A stretch of 64,000 nucleotides of DNA. It comes from Camelus ferus. Lineage: Eukaryota. Position numbers and translations under genes: made by a program. Shown piece after piece: positions 1 to 14,000 of this stretch (position 1 is its first letter; each line of letters starts with the position of its first letter). Below the pieces are notes generated by a model, which was given only the letters and a program-made list of their open reading frames with translations, was not told the origin of the DNA and searched no databases. The stretch spans positions 100,008,001 through 100,072,000 of the forward strand of contig NC_045697.1 of assembly GCF_009834535.1 (NCBI RefSeq). The letters are read 5' to 3'.

Positions 1-1559
1 GCAATTAATTACAGCTTGGAGAGTCAGTAGGAGCACCACAAGAAGCTTGACTAGAAAAAGAAGGCTCTGTATCTCTTATTTCTTATAACCCATTGCAAAT
101 GACTCCAGAAAATAAATACTTGTAATTTGTGGTATGGGAGGGTTAACTCCAGGAAGGAAGTATTCTTTGTTAACACAATAAACTATCTATTCTATACTGT
201 TGTTTTAGACTTAAAAGACAATCTGGGCTGATACCAACATTAGATATGCAAATTTCTTATTAATGTATATACGTGGACAGCTTCTACAAAATGGACTGGA
301 AAATTCTGATTCTAAGCTACTAATCAGAATTTCCGGAACACAATCTGGAGCTGGAGCTCTGCAGATTCCTTTTCTTTTATGATAAAAAAAAAAGTGCAGA
401 AAAATCAGATTACTCATAGACGATCTGATTGCACCAGCAAGATCTTTCAAACCAGTCAATGTCGTACGCTTGAATTTGAATTTTGAGAAAACTAATTTAT
501 AAATTATAATCACAATTAAATGCATATATATCAAGAATTTTTAGTTCATAGCAGGGCATTTTGAAAGCAGCCATCTACCCAGCACGCGAGCTCCTGGTGG
601 GTGATATATTCTGAACTCTGAAGAGGTCAAGGTTCATCTCTTTTCTGCAATCTCTTTCTGGTTAAATCTCTCCTGTTTCTTCTGTTAACTTTTCCATTGT
701 AAAAAGTACCCCAGTTCTGTTCATTGTAACCAACAGAAAGAGGGGAAGGTCCAATTTCTCTAACATGGTTTGAGTTCAAGATTACCCGTAATCTCCCACC
801 ACGCAAACTAGTTAGTTAGTAAAGGAAGATCTTTCTAATACAGCACCACTTGGGACAGAGGTCTGGTTTTATAATTCAGAATAATACGGCATGTTTCAGT
901 AATAGTTACGATATTAATACCTTGTGAGGGGTTTTGAGGAAGTAGTTGAGTTAAAACAGTTAAAATGCAGTTACACTTCTGATTATTTTTACAACCAGAT
1001 AACCTGCTTTGTTATATATCTAATTAGGTGCAACAACAACAAAATTCAGTTTTCCTTATTCATTCTCTTCTGTCATAACTAATATAAGAAATGACCACAC
1101 CAGCTCCTTACTAATTGCTTTCCTGGAAACAAAAGAGCATTTTATACCTGATCCTGCCACAACCAGTAAAGCGAATGAAGTAAAAATTAACCGTCCTTCA
1201 CCTCTCTTGCCCATATATAAAGCAATATTTTTTAAAGGGGGGAGAGGGTTAGTACCGCATTCAATTCGTAAAGATTGACGCTGCCCCCACCCCAGACTCA
1301 CTCATCTCCATTATCAACATCACCCATTTGCGGGGAGGCGGGTACACGAAGGGCCCCACCGCCTGACAGGGTCAGAAAAGAAGCATCTCTCTCACAGTCT
1401 GAAAATTACGGCTCCTGATGCCTTCCTGGCACCAAAGTGGGGCGGGTCGCCCAGCCCCGAGAGACCGGGCGGCGCCTCGGGTGCCCGCAGCCCAAGGCCG
1501 CGGGCGGCGCCGCAGCGCCCCGGGCCCCCCTCCCACAGGGGCCGGCCGCGGGTCCTTAC
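1..1559 (-). other. TBC1D9: TBC1D9 intron 1 (5' portion)
   Basis: Follows the GT donor at 1559 on the minus strand; no recognisable second exon before the window edge. Confidence 0.88.
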
Positions 1560-2700
1560 CCGCCAGTCCGCCGCCGCCGCCTCCATCGCCCGCGTGCCCC
1601 TTCCTCCGCTGCAGGATGAAGTAAGGGTTGGCCCTCTCGGTGATCCACAGCGCGTTGGCCAGCAGCACCTCTTCGGGGTTCACCCACATGTTCCCGGGCG
1701 CCGCCGGCGGACGCACAATGGGGCGGCGGGTCGGGTCCGGCGCACACCAGCGCGCACAGGCGCGCACTCCCGGGCACACGCGCGCCCGCCCGCCCGCCGG
1801 CGAGGTGCGGCGGCTGAGAGCGACTTCACCAGGGGGTGGCCCGCGGCGCCCGGACGGAGACAAAGCCCCCGCGGCCGGTTAGGGAGAACCGCGAGGAGGC
1901 TGGCACCGCGAGCAGCATCCTCTCCGCGGCGCCGCCGCCCCTCGCGAGCCCGCGGCCGCAGATGCCCAGGCCCTTCGCTCCGCAGCCTGGCTGGGGCGCA
2001 CCGCGGCAGGAGGAGAAGGAGGAAGGGGAGCGGGAGGAGGAGGAGGAAGTGGTGTGGCTCAGTCTCGGGATCCGGCTCGGCGGACGGCAGGGCTGGCTGC
2101 GGTCGACGCGAGCTGATTCGGCCCCTCGGGTCGGGCGGAGCTGGGCCGAGGCGCAGCTGGTCCCGCAGCGCCCACCCGGGGTCAGGGCCGCCTCGGCCTC
2201 TAGCAGCTCAGAGCCCTCGAGGTCACCGCGCGTTAACACTCCGCGTCGGGGCCACTCGCACCCCCGGTGAAGCCCAGCTCCCCGCTGGAAGGACGCTCCG
2301 GACACTGCGAATGAATGACGACAGCACGGCTCACAAGGAGCGAGCCGGGGTGACACCAGCTTCCGCGGACGCGAGCCCTCCGTGGGCCCTGCGCGCCGAG
2401 CAGGGCCGCGGCGACTGGCTTTGGGGGTACCTTCTGGGGACCATGTAGCAAGCACTCGGCCCCACGCCCATCCCAGCAGGGAGGACGCTGCCAGCCTCCG
2501 TGGGGTGTGTGCGCGCGCGCGCTGTGTGTGTGTTTATGGTTGACGCTCTGTAGGCTGGCGCCACCCCTTTTCCCAAGAAGTGTGTTTCAGGCTTCCAGAC
2601 TTAGAGCTAGAGACCGGGGTCGGAAGTGGACGCAGCCAATGGTTGTCGATGTTTTTGTTTCCTGCATCTCTAGGGCAAGTCATGCGCTAAACTTGTCACC
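1400..2700. promoter_or_regulatory. TBC1D9: CpG island / TBC1D9 promoter and 5' UTR
   Basis: Very high GC and CpG density compared with the rest of the window; GC boxes; GGA-rich tract at ~2008-2048; surrounds the first coding exon. The TSS cannot be placed from sequence alone (probably ~1950-2100). Confidence 0.9.
1560..1689 (-). CDS. TBC1D9: TBC1 domain family member 9, coding part of exon 1 (130 nt; gene continues leftward out of the window)
   Basis: Translates to [44 protein letters not shown], the N-terminus I recognise as TBC1D9 (TBC1D9B starts MWLSPEEV, TBC1D8 MWLKPEEV). ATG context GGAACATGT; canonical donor G|GTAAGG at 1560/1559, phase 1; lies in a CpG island. Confidence 0.96.
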
Positions 2701-3819
2701 GCCTGTAACCCCTCCCCTTCTCCATTCCATTGTAATTAAAGTGGCCCAGCTAAATGCATTACATCACTTCTTTCCTTGACCTGTAGGGCACGAGCAATAG
2801 CGAAGTTGGAAGCAGCCCAAAAGCTTAGAGCAACTAATTCACACCACAGCTGGTCCCTATACGAGGCCTTTGGCGCTTCGAGGCCTGGACATGGCAGAAT
2901 TCAAGGATTTATCCACACTTAATGGATGGATTTAAATTTTTAAAAAGAATCATGGAAATCAGAGACACAAAACTGGGCCTGCTTTATCCCAAGACAGTTT
3001 CACTTTCCCCGGTATTTCGAGCCTTTTTGTGGTGATCGCAGCCCTTCTACCTATCTGATGACCTTTTTTTTCCCACTTCTTTTTACACCCCGGAGATCTG
3101 AAGATAGCTGATAAAAAAGAAAAAGGCTCCTCTTCCCAGATAATGGGAATTTACCAAGCTCTGCTTTGTCGTGAAAGTTGGACAATCCTAGGGACTTATC
3201 CCTTCCCCAATGAGCAAATCATTCAAATGAGACTTTCATGTGTGGACTTCACATTTTTCACTTTTGTAGTTCTCACTTGGAGGGCTGAATTCCTTTCAAT
3301 AGCTGAGTGAGTCGCATCCTAGCCGTTTTAGAGAGGCTGCCTTTACACCTGTTGGTTTCCTATCCAGTGGGCTCTCAAGGAACGGAAGTCTCCCTTTACC
3401 TTACCACATTGACCTTCTGCCTCTTTAGGAAACATTTTGAATCTCCGGGCATTTGTGGAAATTCCACATTTTTAACATAGACTCAAAAATTTCATTTGGC
3501 ACCACATAGTGGCCTCAGTCACAAAATCTATTGCAAATTTAAAAAATAAACAATAAGATTGCAAATTGTACATATGTAAAATTGTATTAATTTTGTATTT
3601 ATATAATTTTAATATTTTGAACTGCTTCCATAGATATTCTTTTATTTTATAGAATATGCATTTTTTAAAACTCCACTAAGTGACTTCATACTATCTCCTG
3701 GAGTGTCCTTATCATACTGCTCAAAGCTGTGACTTAACATCTGTGCCTTGGCCCTAAAGTGGGACCTTAGTGTAGCACTTTTTGTCTGTTATTGCCAAAA
3801 TGGTGTTTGCTTATATAAT

Positions 3820-3960
3820 TCATGTGTTCATTCACGCATTCATTCAGCATGGAATTATTGAATGCCTACTAGACTCTAGACCCTGGGGATAACAAGTGAA
3901 CAAAACATACAAAAATTTCTGCCTTTGTGAAGATTAAAATGTGAAATAAATAATAAAAAC
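3820..3960 (-). mobile_element. L2 3'-end fragment
   Basis: CATTCATTCA...TATTGAATGCCTACT...CTGGGGATAACAAGTGAACAAAACA pattern typical of L2 tails (recall). Confidence 0.55.
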
Positions 3961-6701
3961 CAAAACAAACTTACAAAAATTTGCTTTGAGAATAAGTTTG
4001 GACACCAAGAGGAAACAAGAAAAAGATTTAAGTCCTTAGCTATTTTCTGGTTTTTTGAAGGAGTTAGGCACATTCTTTCCTGGAAATCTGGGCTTCCACT
4101 ATGGTATTGAGTTGTAATAATCTATAGTAAAAGGACATTGCAAAGAACCAGAGAAACTACAAGGAGTTCATGGCAGCTTGCCGGTCCCCTACTATTAACT
4201 GCTCCCTTACTAACGTGTGGCTTTGTTTGAAAAAGAAAAGATAAAGAACAATCAAATGTGCCTGAACTAGAAATAACACAAAGAGAACCTAATTAATCCA
4301 ACTAGTTCTTCAGTAAAATAGATGAGTAGTTTTAACTTTCAAATCATTCTCATTGGTTTTAAGCCCAAGGATTGTCTCAAAGCACTTAAAGCATTCAGCA
4401 GATGCCTAGATAAGATAAGAGTAAATGACATCACAGTCTTTGTATCCCCTGAGATCTCCTACTCCCCTCTTCCACATGGAAAAATTCAACTTCAGTAGGG
4501 TTCTGATGGCCCACCTTGGAGCAATCAGTGGGTTTACTACTTAGTGAGCATATTTGATTGAAGCAAAATTTTGAGGGCAGTAAATTTGTCTTTGCCAACT
4601 CTGACCCTCATTCCTACATGTTTCTACCTTTCCCGCTTTTTCACCTTCACAGGGGTGTATTTCCCTCCCTATCCTCACTCCTCTCACAATAAGCCCTCTA
4701 CTTTGTCGTCAGGGTCTTGCCACCCTTGGAAATACTATGGAGTCTTAGGAACTTTATTTCTGCCCACAGTCCCCACCCCAACTTCCCAACTGCACTGTCC
4801 ACTTCTTCATGGCAAACTCTCCCGGAAATAAGGGCATGAAGGCTGCAGACTGCTAATCCAACTAGCCATTCCATTGCTCCCTAGCCTCAGGAGTGGTCGG
4901 GCCAGTAGAAAATTCAGTTCTAGTTTCAGCAGAGAAAATTCACCCAGCAGATTAATAAAATGCTAAAGTAGACAACTTCTTCCCTTGCCTTCTAGCTGAA
5001 GGTAACATGTTAACAAGAACCTTTTTTTTTTTTTTTAATGCCCAAATCTTCCCTGTGCAACCTGGAAGGCCAATAGTTCTAGGAGAGTATTTGGGATTTC
5101 TGGTACCCAGTGAGGCAGAAAGAGAGGGTGGCCAGCTGGGATAGGGAAGAGTAATATTGTTTCAAAGATCCATTTCTTTGCAGTAGCTTTGATATCTATA
5201 TAGAGACCTCCTCGGTAGATCTAAGTTGCTAACCCAACTGGAAAAACCAGATCAATGAGTCACCACAACCATCTACTCTGCAAGTAATGGAGCTAATGGA
5301 TGATACAGAAGCCACAGTTTGGTTCTTTCAGCTTTAAGTGGCTGAACAGGTCTGCAGCCAGGACCACCTGTGTATCTATAGTGTGATTTGAGGGAAAGGA
5401 TCCTTCAAAGTAGCTCCAATATCTAACAGTTCTACCTTGCCTCCATTCAGTGGATCAGCCCACCTGCTGAATTCTGAGATGCTCTGGAGATCAAAACTGA
5501 ATAAAGCCTTATTTCTCTTCATGTTAGAGGAAGTGACCAGACGACCTCTGTCCAATCTTGTGTTCCTGGAATGACAGAAGGAAAGAAAACAGCTACCTCT
5601 CAAGGGGAGAAAAATGAAGGAAGGTGTTAGTAGAGATTTATTTTCTGATTAACTGTTATTGAAGAGGGCACGTTTTAATGGTTGGGGAAGAGTGACGAGG
5701 TAGAGAGATTAGATCACAAAGAAGGGTGTGTAGACACTTTGCCTGCTTCACAGTCACCCAACAGCAAGTTCCCCGAGGCCAAGACTGTGACGTCATTGTC
5801 GTATTCCGAGGCTTAGCACTGGGGCCTCTGTACATGCCCAACAAGGAAACACATGACTCCTGAATGTCAAAACTTCAGAAAAGTTGCAAGCTTTAGGAAG
5901 AAAAGGACCTTGAGACACCCCAACTACAGTTAGGTTGAGCTTTTCATTTGTTACACAAGGAAACTGAAGCTCAGAAAAGGGAAGGGACTTGACTTGGAAG
6001 TTGATTTTATTATTTAGGAGACTATTAGGATCTCAAATCTTTTTTTTTTTAGGATCTCAAATCTTGATTGCAATTTTTTCTTCTTATTCCATACATTGTC
6101 ACATTTGTCTCAATAATTAAAATAATTCATATTTACATAATGGTTTCATGGCCAGTATCTGTCACTGTGATCTGGGTGTTAGGATTCACTGATTGGCTGG
6201 AACTGAGAGGCACATGCTTACCCTGGGGAGGTGGTGATAGGGGGAGGGTCAGTCCCTAAAGGCAAATCAGAGAACTGTTATCAGAATAAGGTGACCAAAA
6301 AATAAAAATAAAGTGACAGGAGTCAGGGCAAGCCTGCACAACAGAGGTCTATGAGACAACTTACTTTTGACAACTTGTTTTTTAATGACCATATCTTCTT
6401 GGTTATAATTTTATATTACGTAAATATAACATATCTTGTTTTGTTTAATGCTAAGAAACCTAGTAGTTTGATCTTGTTTAAAAAAGGAGAGAGAGAGAGG
6501 TTACCGTAAGACTTACATAGGCTAAATTGGGACCAGAGACCCTCAGGAAGTTCTGGGACCAGCTGTGTCTCTGTCTCTGTCTCTGTCTCCCTCACTCTCT
6601 CTGAATCTCTGCTTCTCTATATACAATACATTCGTCCTAGTGTCATTTCTCTATCAACCAATTTCTTTTCCTTACCTATAGCTTTTGTTTCCTTAACTTA
6701 A

Positions 6702-8025
6702 GCATAAAAATAGACAGGTAGAACAATGGAACAGAATAGAGAGCCCAGAAATAAACCCATGTACATAAAGTCAATTAATTTATGACAGAGGAGCCAAGAG
6801 TATACAATGGGTAAAAGACAATCTCTTCAATAAATGGTGTTGAGAATACTGGACAGCCATGTTCAAAAGAATGAAACTGGACCACTATCTTACACCATAC
6901 ACAAAAATTAATTCAAAATGGATTAAAGACTTAAATGTAAGACCCAAGATCATAAACTCCTAGAAGAAAATGTAATAAAACAAGACAGTACACACCTTGA
7001 CAAACATCTTAGTGATGATTTTTTTAATCTGACACCAAAAACAAAAGCAACAAAAGCAAAAATTAACAAGTGGGACTACATCAAACTAAAAAACTTCTGC
7101 ACAGCAAAGGAAACCAACAATAAAATAAAAAGGCAACCCACTGATGGGGAGAAAATATTTGCAAATCATATATCTGATAAAATATTAACATCCAAAATAT
7201 ATAAAAACCACATACAGCTCAATAGCAAAAAAAAAAAAAAAAAAAGCCCCAAACAATCCAATTAAAAAGTGGGCAGAAGATCTGAATAAACATTTTTCCA
7301 AAAAAGACATTCAGATGGCCAACAGATACATAAAAAGATGTTCAACTTCATTAATCACCAGAGAAATGCAAGTCAAAACCACAATGAGATATCACCTCAC
7401 ACCTGTTAGAATGACTGTTACCAAAAAGACAAGAAATAGCAAGTGTTAGCAAGGATGTGGAGAAAAGGGAACTCTTGTGGACTCTTGCTGGGAATGTATA
7501 CTATAGAAGACAGTATGGAAGTTTCTCAAAAAGTTAAAATTAGAACTACCATATGACCCAAGAATTGTACTTCCTCCAGGTATTTATCCAAAGGAAACAA
7601 AAACACTAACTTGAAAAGTTGTATGAAACCCCACATTCACTGTAGCATTACTTATAATAGTCAAGATATGGAAGCAACCTAAGAGTTCATTAACGAATGA
7701 ATGGATAAAGAATTGTGGTGTATATATATAGAAGCGTATATTAAAAAATGAAACCTTGAAAAAAAAAATAAAACCTTGCCATTTGCACCACCATGAATGG
7801 AACTTGAGGACGTTATGCTAAATGAGATAAGTCAGATAGAGAAAGACAAATATTGTATGATTTCTCTTATATGTGAAATCTAAAAAACAAACTAACTAAA
7901 CCCAAGTTCATAGATCCAGAGAGCAAATTATTAGTACAGATAAGCAAAATGTGGAGGGTAGCTGATAGGAGAAATGGATGAACTGTGGGGCATTTTCAGT
8001 TTAACTAAAATTAATTTAAAAAATT
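6702..8025 (+). mobile_element. 5'-truncated, decayed L1 (ORF2 C-terminal region + 3' UTR)
   Basis: CAATGGAACAGAATAGAGAGCCCAGAAATAAACCCA and CACAATGAGATATCACCTCACACCTGTTAGAATG; visibly homologous to 58110-59260; multiple stops and frameshifts. Confidence 0.93.
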
Positions 8026-11000
8026 TTTTAATGACTTAAGGGGAAAAAAATTGCAATTTTCTTTCAGAATAAGATAACTCAGCTGTCTTTCTTTTATACC
8101 GACAACATTCTCACTAGAGGAATACTGTATTCTATCTTGAATCTCAGATCTTCAACATTTTTAAGATACATTTAATAAATGATTTAAAAGAAGGAATATG
8201 TAGGCACCAGTACTAACACGAAAGGACAACTTACTACCGAAATCTTCTAATTTATCAATTATAGTTAAATCCCTTACCTTTTGAATTCCAGCCTCTCAGA
8301 GCTTCCAAACAAGATTACAGATATAAAACATATATGATCTGGAAGTCAAACATCTTTGAAAAACTTTAAATATAAAACATTAAGTGAGAAAATGCACTTA
8401 TTCACTGCACCAAAGGAGAAATATCAGAGCTCTGATCACTTAATACCCAAAGGGTAAGCATGAGAGGTGGCCGTTGAACCACCTTGATCAGAATTGAGAA
8501 AAAGGCAAAAAATGACTCGCTCTGTAGCTGTCCCAAGGCTCTCATCACTCTGTTTAGGCATTTATCGCTGACGTTTCTTTTACAGAATGTACCGCCCTTC
8601 CATGATAACCTTTATTTCTTCTATAAAATACAGACCTAAATAGGCATTTTCATCATAAAATTGTACTGGTGAGAAATTTTGCCTTTTTTTCTTTCTTTTT
8701 TTTTTTTTTGTCACTTGCAATCCTCTTATAGGCTGTGAAAAGCAATCTTCCATAAAAAGAGATGTGTTAAATCACACTGATTTTCTATTCCAATGAAAAT
8801 TACAGTTTGCTTTTAATGGGAATGACTCAGTCAATCAGATTGGAAGCTGAGACATTCTGTCCCTGAATGAAACTTAAAAAAAAAAAAAAAAAATTTCCCC
8901 TTTCTTCCCTTGCACAGAGCCATCCCTCACTCACCTAAAGAACACTGAAAGGCACATATTGAAAACAAAAATAAGTGCCTACTGAATGTATCTTTCTCTA
9001 CAAACTGTGGCCTTGGGTTTTAACACAAAATCTAAATTTAAAAACCTTTCGAAAGAAATGAGAAAATCTATCTCAGATGTGCCAATAGAAAATCACAGAA
9101 TTCTAAATAAAGATAGTTGGTTGGTGGTTAGATGGAACAGTGTTGCATGAGAGATTTCACTGGATCAAATTAACTCTATGTAACTATCCTTACAGCTGCA
9201 GTGAGACCCCCTGAAGCTAGTGCCAGAATCATACACTGGCTTTACCAGGTCGTGGAGCAAGTAACCATCTATATTGTAAGCTGTATGTGTGTTCTGCATG
9301 TGTGTGTGTTTTTGTGTGTAAGGGGGGTCACATGAACTATTCTACAAATTTAAACATCTCCAATTAACATTCCTCCTGATGTTTAATGTTTAATCACAGA
9401 AGTAAATCATGTGGATTATGGAAAAATTAGAAAATACAGATAAACAAAAAGAAAAAAAGTCTAAATCCAGAGTGTGTGATTTTCTTTCCAAACAGACATG
9501 AGTTCACACGACACATAAACTTTTGTAATGTGCTTTGGCTGCATAACTATACTGCAGACACATCCGCAGATTCTTTACAACTGAACATTTATAGAATTAA
9601 TTTTTTTGACTGCATGTTATTTAATTATGTGGTAGATCTTCATTTATTTAACTTGTCTGCCATAATTTTTTGCATCTTTAAAATATTATATAGGTGTCTG
9701 TGATGGACGTTTGCCTATGTATCTTTGCATATTTTTCTAAGTATTTTCTTAGTGTAGACTCCTAAAAGTAGAATTTCTGGGCCATCTAGAATGCACATTT
9801 GTAATGCTCTTCACACACATTGGCAAATCACTCCCCAGAAAGCTGTATCTAATCTTTTCTGCAACACCTGTTTCTCCACAACCCTATCTAATATTTTGCA
9901 TGAAAGTATCTTTCACTGTTATTTGGGGTGGAACATAGTAACATGGCTTTGCACTTTTATTACATTTTAGGGCTTTCAGCCAGACACAGTAATACTTCTT
10001 TTTCCAAGAATAAAATAGTTTTATTTTTTAGATTATAAAAAGAGTAAATGTTTATTATAAAAAGATGAACATAACAGAAAAGTATAGCAAGAAAATAAAA
10101 TTTCCCAAAATATCTCCAGTTAGTGATAACAATTACCTCTTTGGTAAACATCTTTCCAAACATCAGTCTGTGCATATTAACATACACGGACAAAGAGATA
10201 TCCTTTATTCCCATGGCTAAGTGCTATTTAGAGGCAACATGGCTTTGCATCTGCGTTCCAAAGGATTTCTTTGATGCTTCTTTACTCTGCAGAGTTAACT
10301 GAAGATCAGGACTGCAATTACGGCCTCTTTCTCTCACAGTGAACAAGGGCAGGTCCGGGTGAGGGAAGATCTGTTTGTGTTCCACTCCCTTGTGTATGTG
10401 TAGACTAGGCCCTGAAAAGAATTGTGATAATATATGAAAAGGTCAGTGGTTACGCCAGGATCTTGCTCAAACGTGGAAGAGAAACAGGGGATGATGCAAA
10501 TGACTCTGAACTCCCCCCTCCAAGAGATGCAGGGTTCCTATGTAAACTCTGTGGTGACCTCCCCTCTGCAGCTGCTGGTGCTGACCCAAGGTTTCCTAAG
10601 CAGTGGGGGCCCAGGGGCACCCGGCAGCAGGGCCACCTACGAGCAGAGCTGCTTCACACTGTTCTGATGAATCGAACATGTTCTGAAAACTGATGCCTTC
10701 TAGAACGTCTTTGTACAGTTAAAAACAGAGGCTTTCAATGCTGCTTTATATTCTTCCCTAATCTGTTGCTTATAATAGGTTTTTCGTGTCAGCTGTGGTT
10801 TTGTCAACATGGTAGGTTCATGGGACTTGATATCCCTCCGTGACAAGGGGGTTCTATACGTGATAGTCAGGGTGAACCTCTGTCTCTTTGGCTGCTCATC
10901 ATCTGAACGCTCTTCCTCTTCTCAGGGAAGCCCCTCCAAAGACAGCTGGATGTTCTCAGCCGGGACTGGCTGATAAACCACCGAGGTGTAGCTGGATCCA

Positions 11001-14000
11001 CACTCCAGCCCTGGAGTCGGTCACACCACATCCTTTCGATATGACTTCTCCTTGTCCTAGTCAGCACAACCCTTCCAGGCCTGCCAGCAACTTTTATTCT
11101 TCCTGGTGATGGGCTGGGGTGGACCAAGGGAGGACAGACACTTCTGGACTCTTCTCTGCCTCTCCCGGTTAGGTCAGCCCTCCCACCACAGACACGGTGC
11201 AGCTCCACTTCCCGTTACAGCGGCTTCAATGTGGTGCGGTGTGTGTGCTGATGAGGCGGTGGGGGTTCAGCCTGGGGACGCCTTCTCACTGAGACACATA
11301 GCTTCACTTGCAGGAGAGGTCCGAGTTCTCCTTCTGCTGTAGCTTAACTTACAGCAGAAACTCTGCTGTCAGAGTTTAAGGTTTGATTTGCAATCTAGAT
11401 AAGCCAGGAAGCCCAGAGTGATCTCCTCAAGATTTTAAAGATGCCTCCATCTCAGGGAGAATATCAGAGGACAAAGTCAGAAGATCTGTCTTCCATAGTA
11501 TGTAAAGTACAAGATTTCTTAAGGAGAAAAATCTAGAATTGCACTATTATATTGCTAAAGACGTATCAGGTGATTGCTAGCTTCCTTCAAAATTGAAATG
11601 TGAGTGTTCATACCTACAGCAGACGCTGTCAGAGCAAAATGAAATGTGCTGTGCGCCTCATGTGGCTAACTGTGAGCTTGTGACTAATCTAAGCATTCCT
11701 CTTGACACGAGGCAGATGATACATCATGAGGAACTAGGGATCCGTTCCTTCCTGGTAGTTTCAATACAATGAAGCAAGAGGATAAAAAAGGGAAGTAAAA
11801 GAGGAAGCCAAGTATACGATCCATTTTTTGAACGTATGCCTTCTGTTTCATGTACTGTACTTTTTGTCTTGTATGTAAGCGTGAGAAAGGAAGTGTGATG
11901 TGGAATCTGAACTGGCTTCTCTTTTCAAAGTTGGTCATTACTTTATAAATAAGAGCGTTTCTGTGCCTTGGTTCATCTCTCAGCAAGAAGGAGGAAGATA
12001 TGTGACTGACACTGACTGTTCTGTGCCTGCCCCAGTGCTGGCATCTTACCTCTGATGTCACTGACTCGGAGCAGCAGGACCAGTCGTGTTAAGGGTGGAC
12101 TCTGGAAACATGCTCCCTGTTTGGAATCCTGGTTGGGCCACTTACGTTTGTGACTTTGGGCAAATTCACTACTATTCCTAGCAACTCACACCCATTGAGC
12201 TTTCTCCCCGTACTAGGCACTGTGTCAAGTGCTTTTCTTATTCTTTTATTTTGATCCTCGCAACACACTTATAATAAGGTATTATTATTTAGAAGACGTT
12301 GCGGTAAAGAGAAGTTAAGGGAGGGGGAATGGTGTAAAGACTAAAAACATCTAGTTCTAAAGCAATGCTGCCTGTGTTCACATTCCAACTGGACCACTGA
12401 TCAGCTGTGTCCGCTCTTCACCTCTCTTGAGACACACAGAGCATACTTTGAACAGTGCTTGGCATCTAGGAAAAGCATAGTAAATGTCAGGTATTACTGT
12501 GATTCGGGGAAGTGGCAGGTATGCCTATTTGCAAAGTATATTTACTGCTTGGTCTTGAGTATCCAAGAGAAGGAGCAGACATTTGTCTTTAGAACCCTGA
12601 TTTGAGGCCAGTCCCTGTACATCACACACAAGTATGTGTACGTGGGTACTTAGGGCGAAGCTCTCTGGTCTGTCCCCACTCCACCAGGGTATGTGGTCCT
12701 CTTTCGGTTCCTCTTTGGGGTCAGGGTGGGGTGAGTGGGAAGGGGAGGGTACCATGTCCCTGTGATGTCTCCGAAGAGCAATCAAGGCTGCAGTATTGAG
12801 TGTCATGGAGTGCGCAGTCATGCCCGAGTCCAAGGTCACCAGCATCGTGACAAGGGGAGTGTCTGTGACATGAAACACACCCGATGGGAAAAAAATAAAA
12901 CCTCATTAAGTCAGAATTCTGTTTGGGGGCACTCTTTATTTGTGCTCTAAGACTTTGAAGCCCAATGGTAGGGACCATTCAATAAATAAAGACATCTCTG
13001 TTTTATAGTCCTTAGAGTATCCTTTAACTCAAAATTTGTGAACACGGCAAAAAGACTCGTTTGAAAAGATGAAACTCTCACTCTCGTAATGACAAATTCG
13101 TGAAGTATTTATTGGTTCCAATAAAGTGACGAATTGGGTTTGTGTTTAAGCTCATTTTCAATACTGGTTCTTAGATTTTTAAAAGTGACCTTTTATTATC
13201 AAACCAATGAAGACTCGTAAGGGAAGACAGTCACTGTAAGGGCAGTTTTTTTTTTTTTAGTAGAACATAAAGAAATTCATTCATACTTCTCCTTATGAAT
13301 TGCTACTCTTCCTAAGACTCTTTAATTTTGAAGACGCTGTCAGCTATGATGGCCGTAAATACAGAGATCTCTTCCAGAATCAGCCAAGGTCCCCTGCCAC
13401 TTTGACAATCTAAAGAGTGAAGTCCTTCACTTGGCCATCCCCAGAGCCAATCGGCCACTAGAGACCCTTGGTCAGGAATGCTCGTCCCCGTTTCTACCTA
13501 ATGTTGCTATCTCTTTCTTTTCCTCAGCCCACTTCTTCTCAGTAGGTCTGACCCCCAGCCTACTAGGACATAGGTTTGGCCCAAGTGCATGAAAGAATCT
13601 TCAGGTGGAGACAATGATCTTGGAAACAAAATGACAACATCATTTGAATGGTTTCCGTGGATCTTCTTTGGGGATACTAGATTGAGCATCTCCTAAACAA
13701 CCTGAATGGTTCAAAATGCAGTGTGCAGTGTGCCCCATCTGACTAGGGTTAGGTCTTCATAGAAATCACCATGGCAATCTGTTTTGAAGTACGAAAAGGG
13801 CCTGTTTAAGGCCAGCTAATAAAGAGAAAGCCTGTCCCCAGGTTTGGCACATAGACTGGTATCTGCTTTTTTCTAAAGACAACACTTTCTGTTTCCAAAG
13901 TGAAAATAGATAAACAAATTTTAAATGAACTGATAAGGATAGTCATGTAAAAGTGTGACACATCATGATAGTGTGTGCAAAGAAGAATGGCAGCTTGGTA

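Noticed and set aside
301..332. Short hairpin AAATTCTGATT-N10-AATCAGAATTT in intron 1
   Set aside because: Only an 11-bp AT-rich stem; resembles decayed palindromic MER5-type sequence and is too short for a pre-miRNA call.
1372..2455. Long overlapping ORFs (284, 209, 163 and 144 aa) in the CpG island
   Set aside because: Low-complexity Arg/Gly/Pro/Ala translations expected where stops are rare in GC-rich DNA. Only 1560-1689 matches a known protein, and the 163-aa ORF reads through the splice donor.
10839..12858. Shared 12-mer CGTGACAAGGGG at ~10839 and ~12847
   Set aside because: No extension of similarity; repeated 12-mers are expected by chance in 64 kb.
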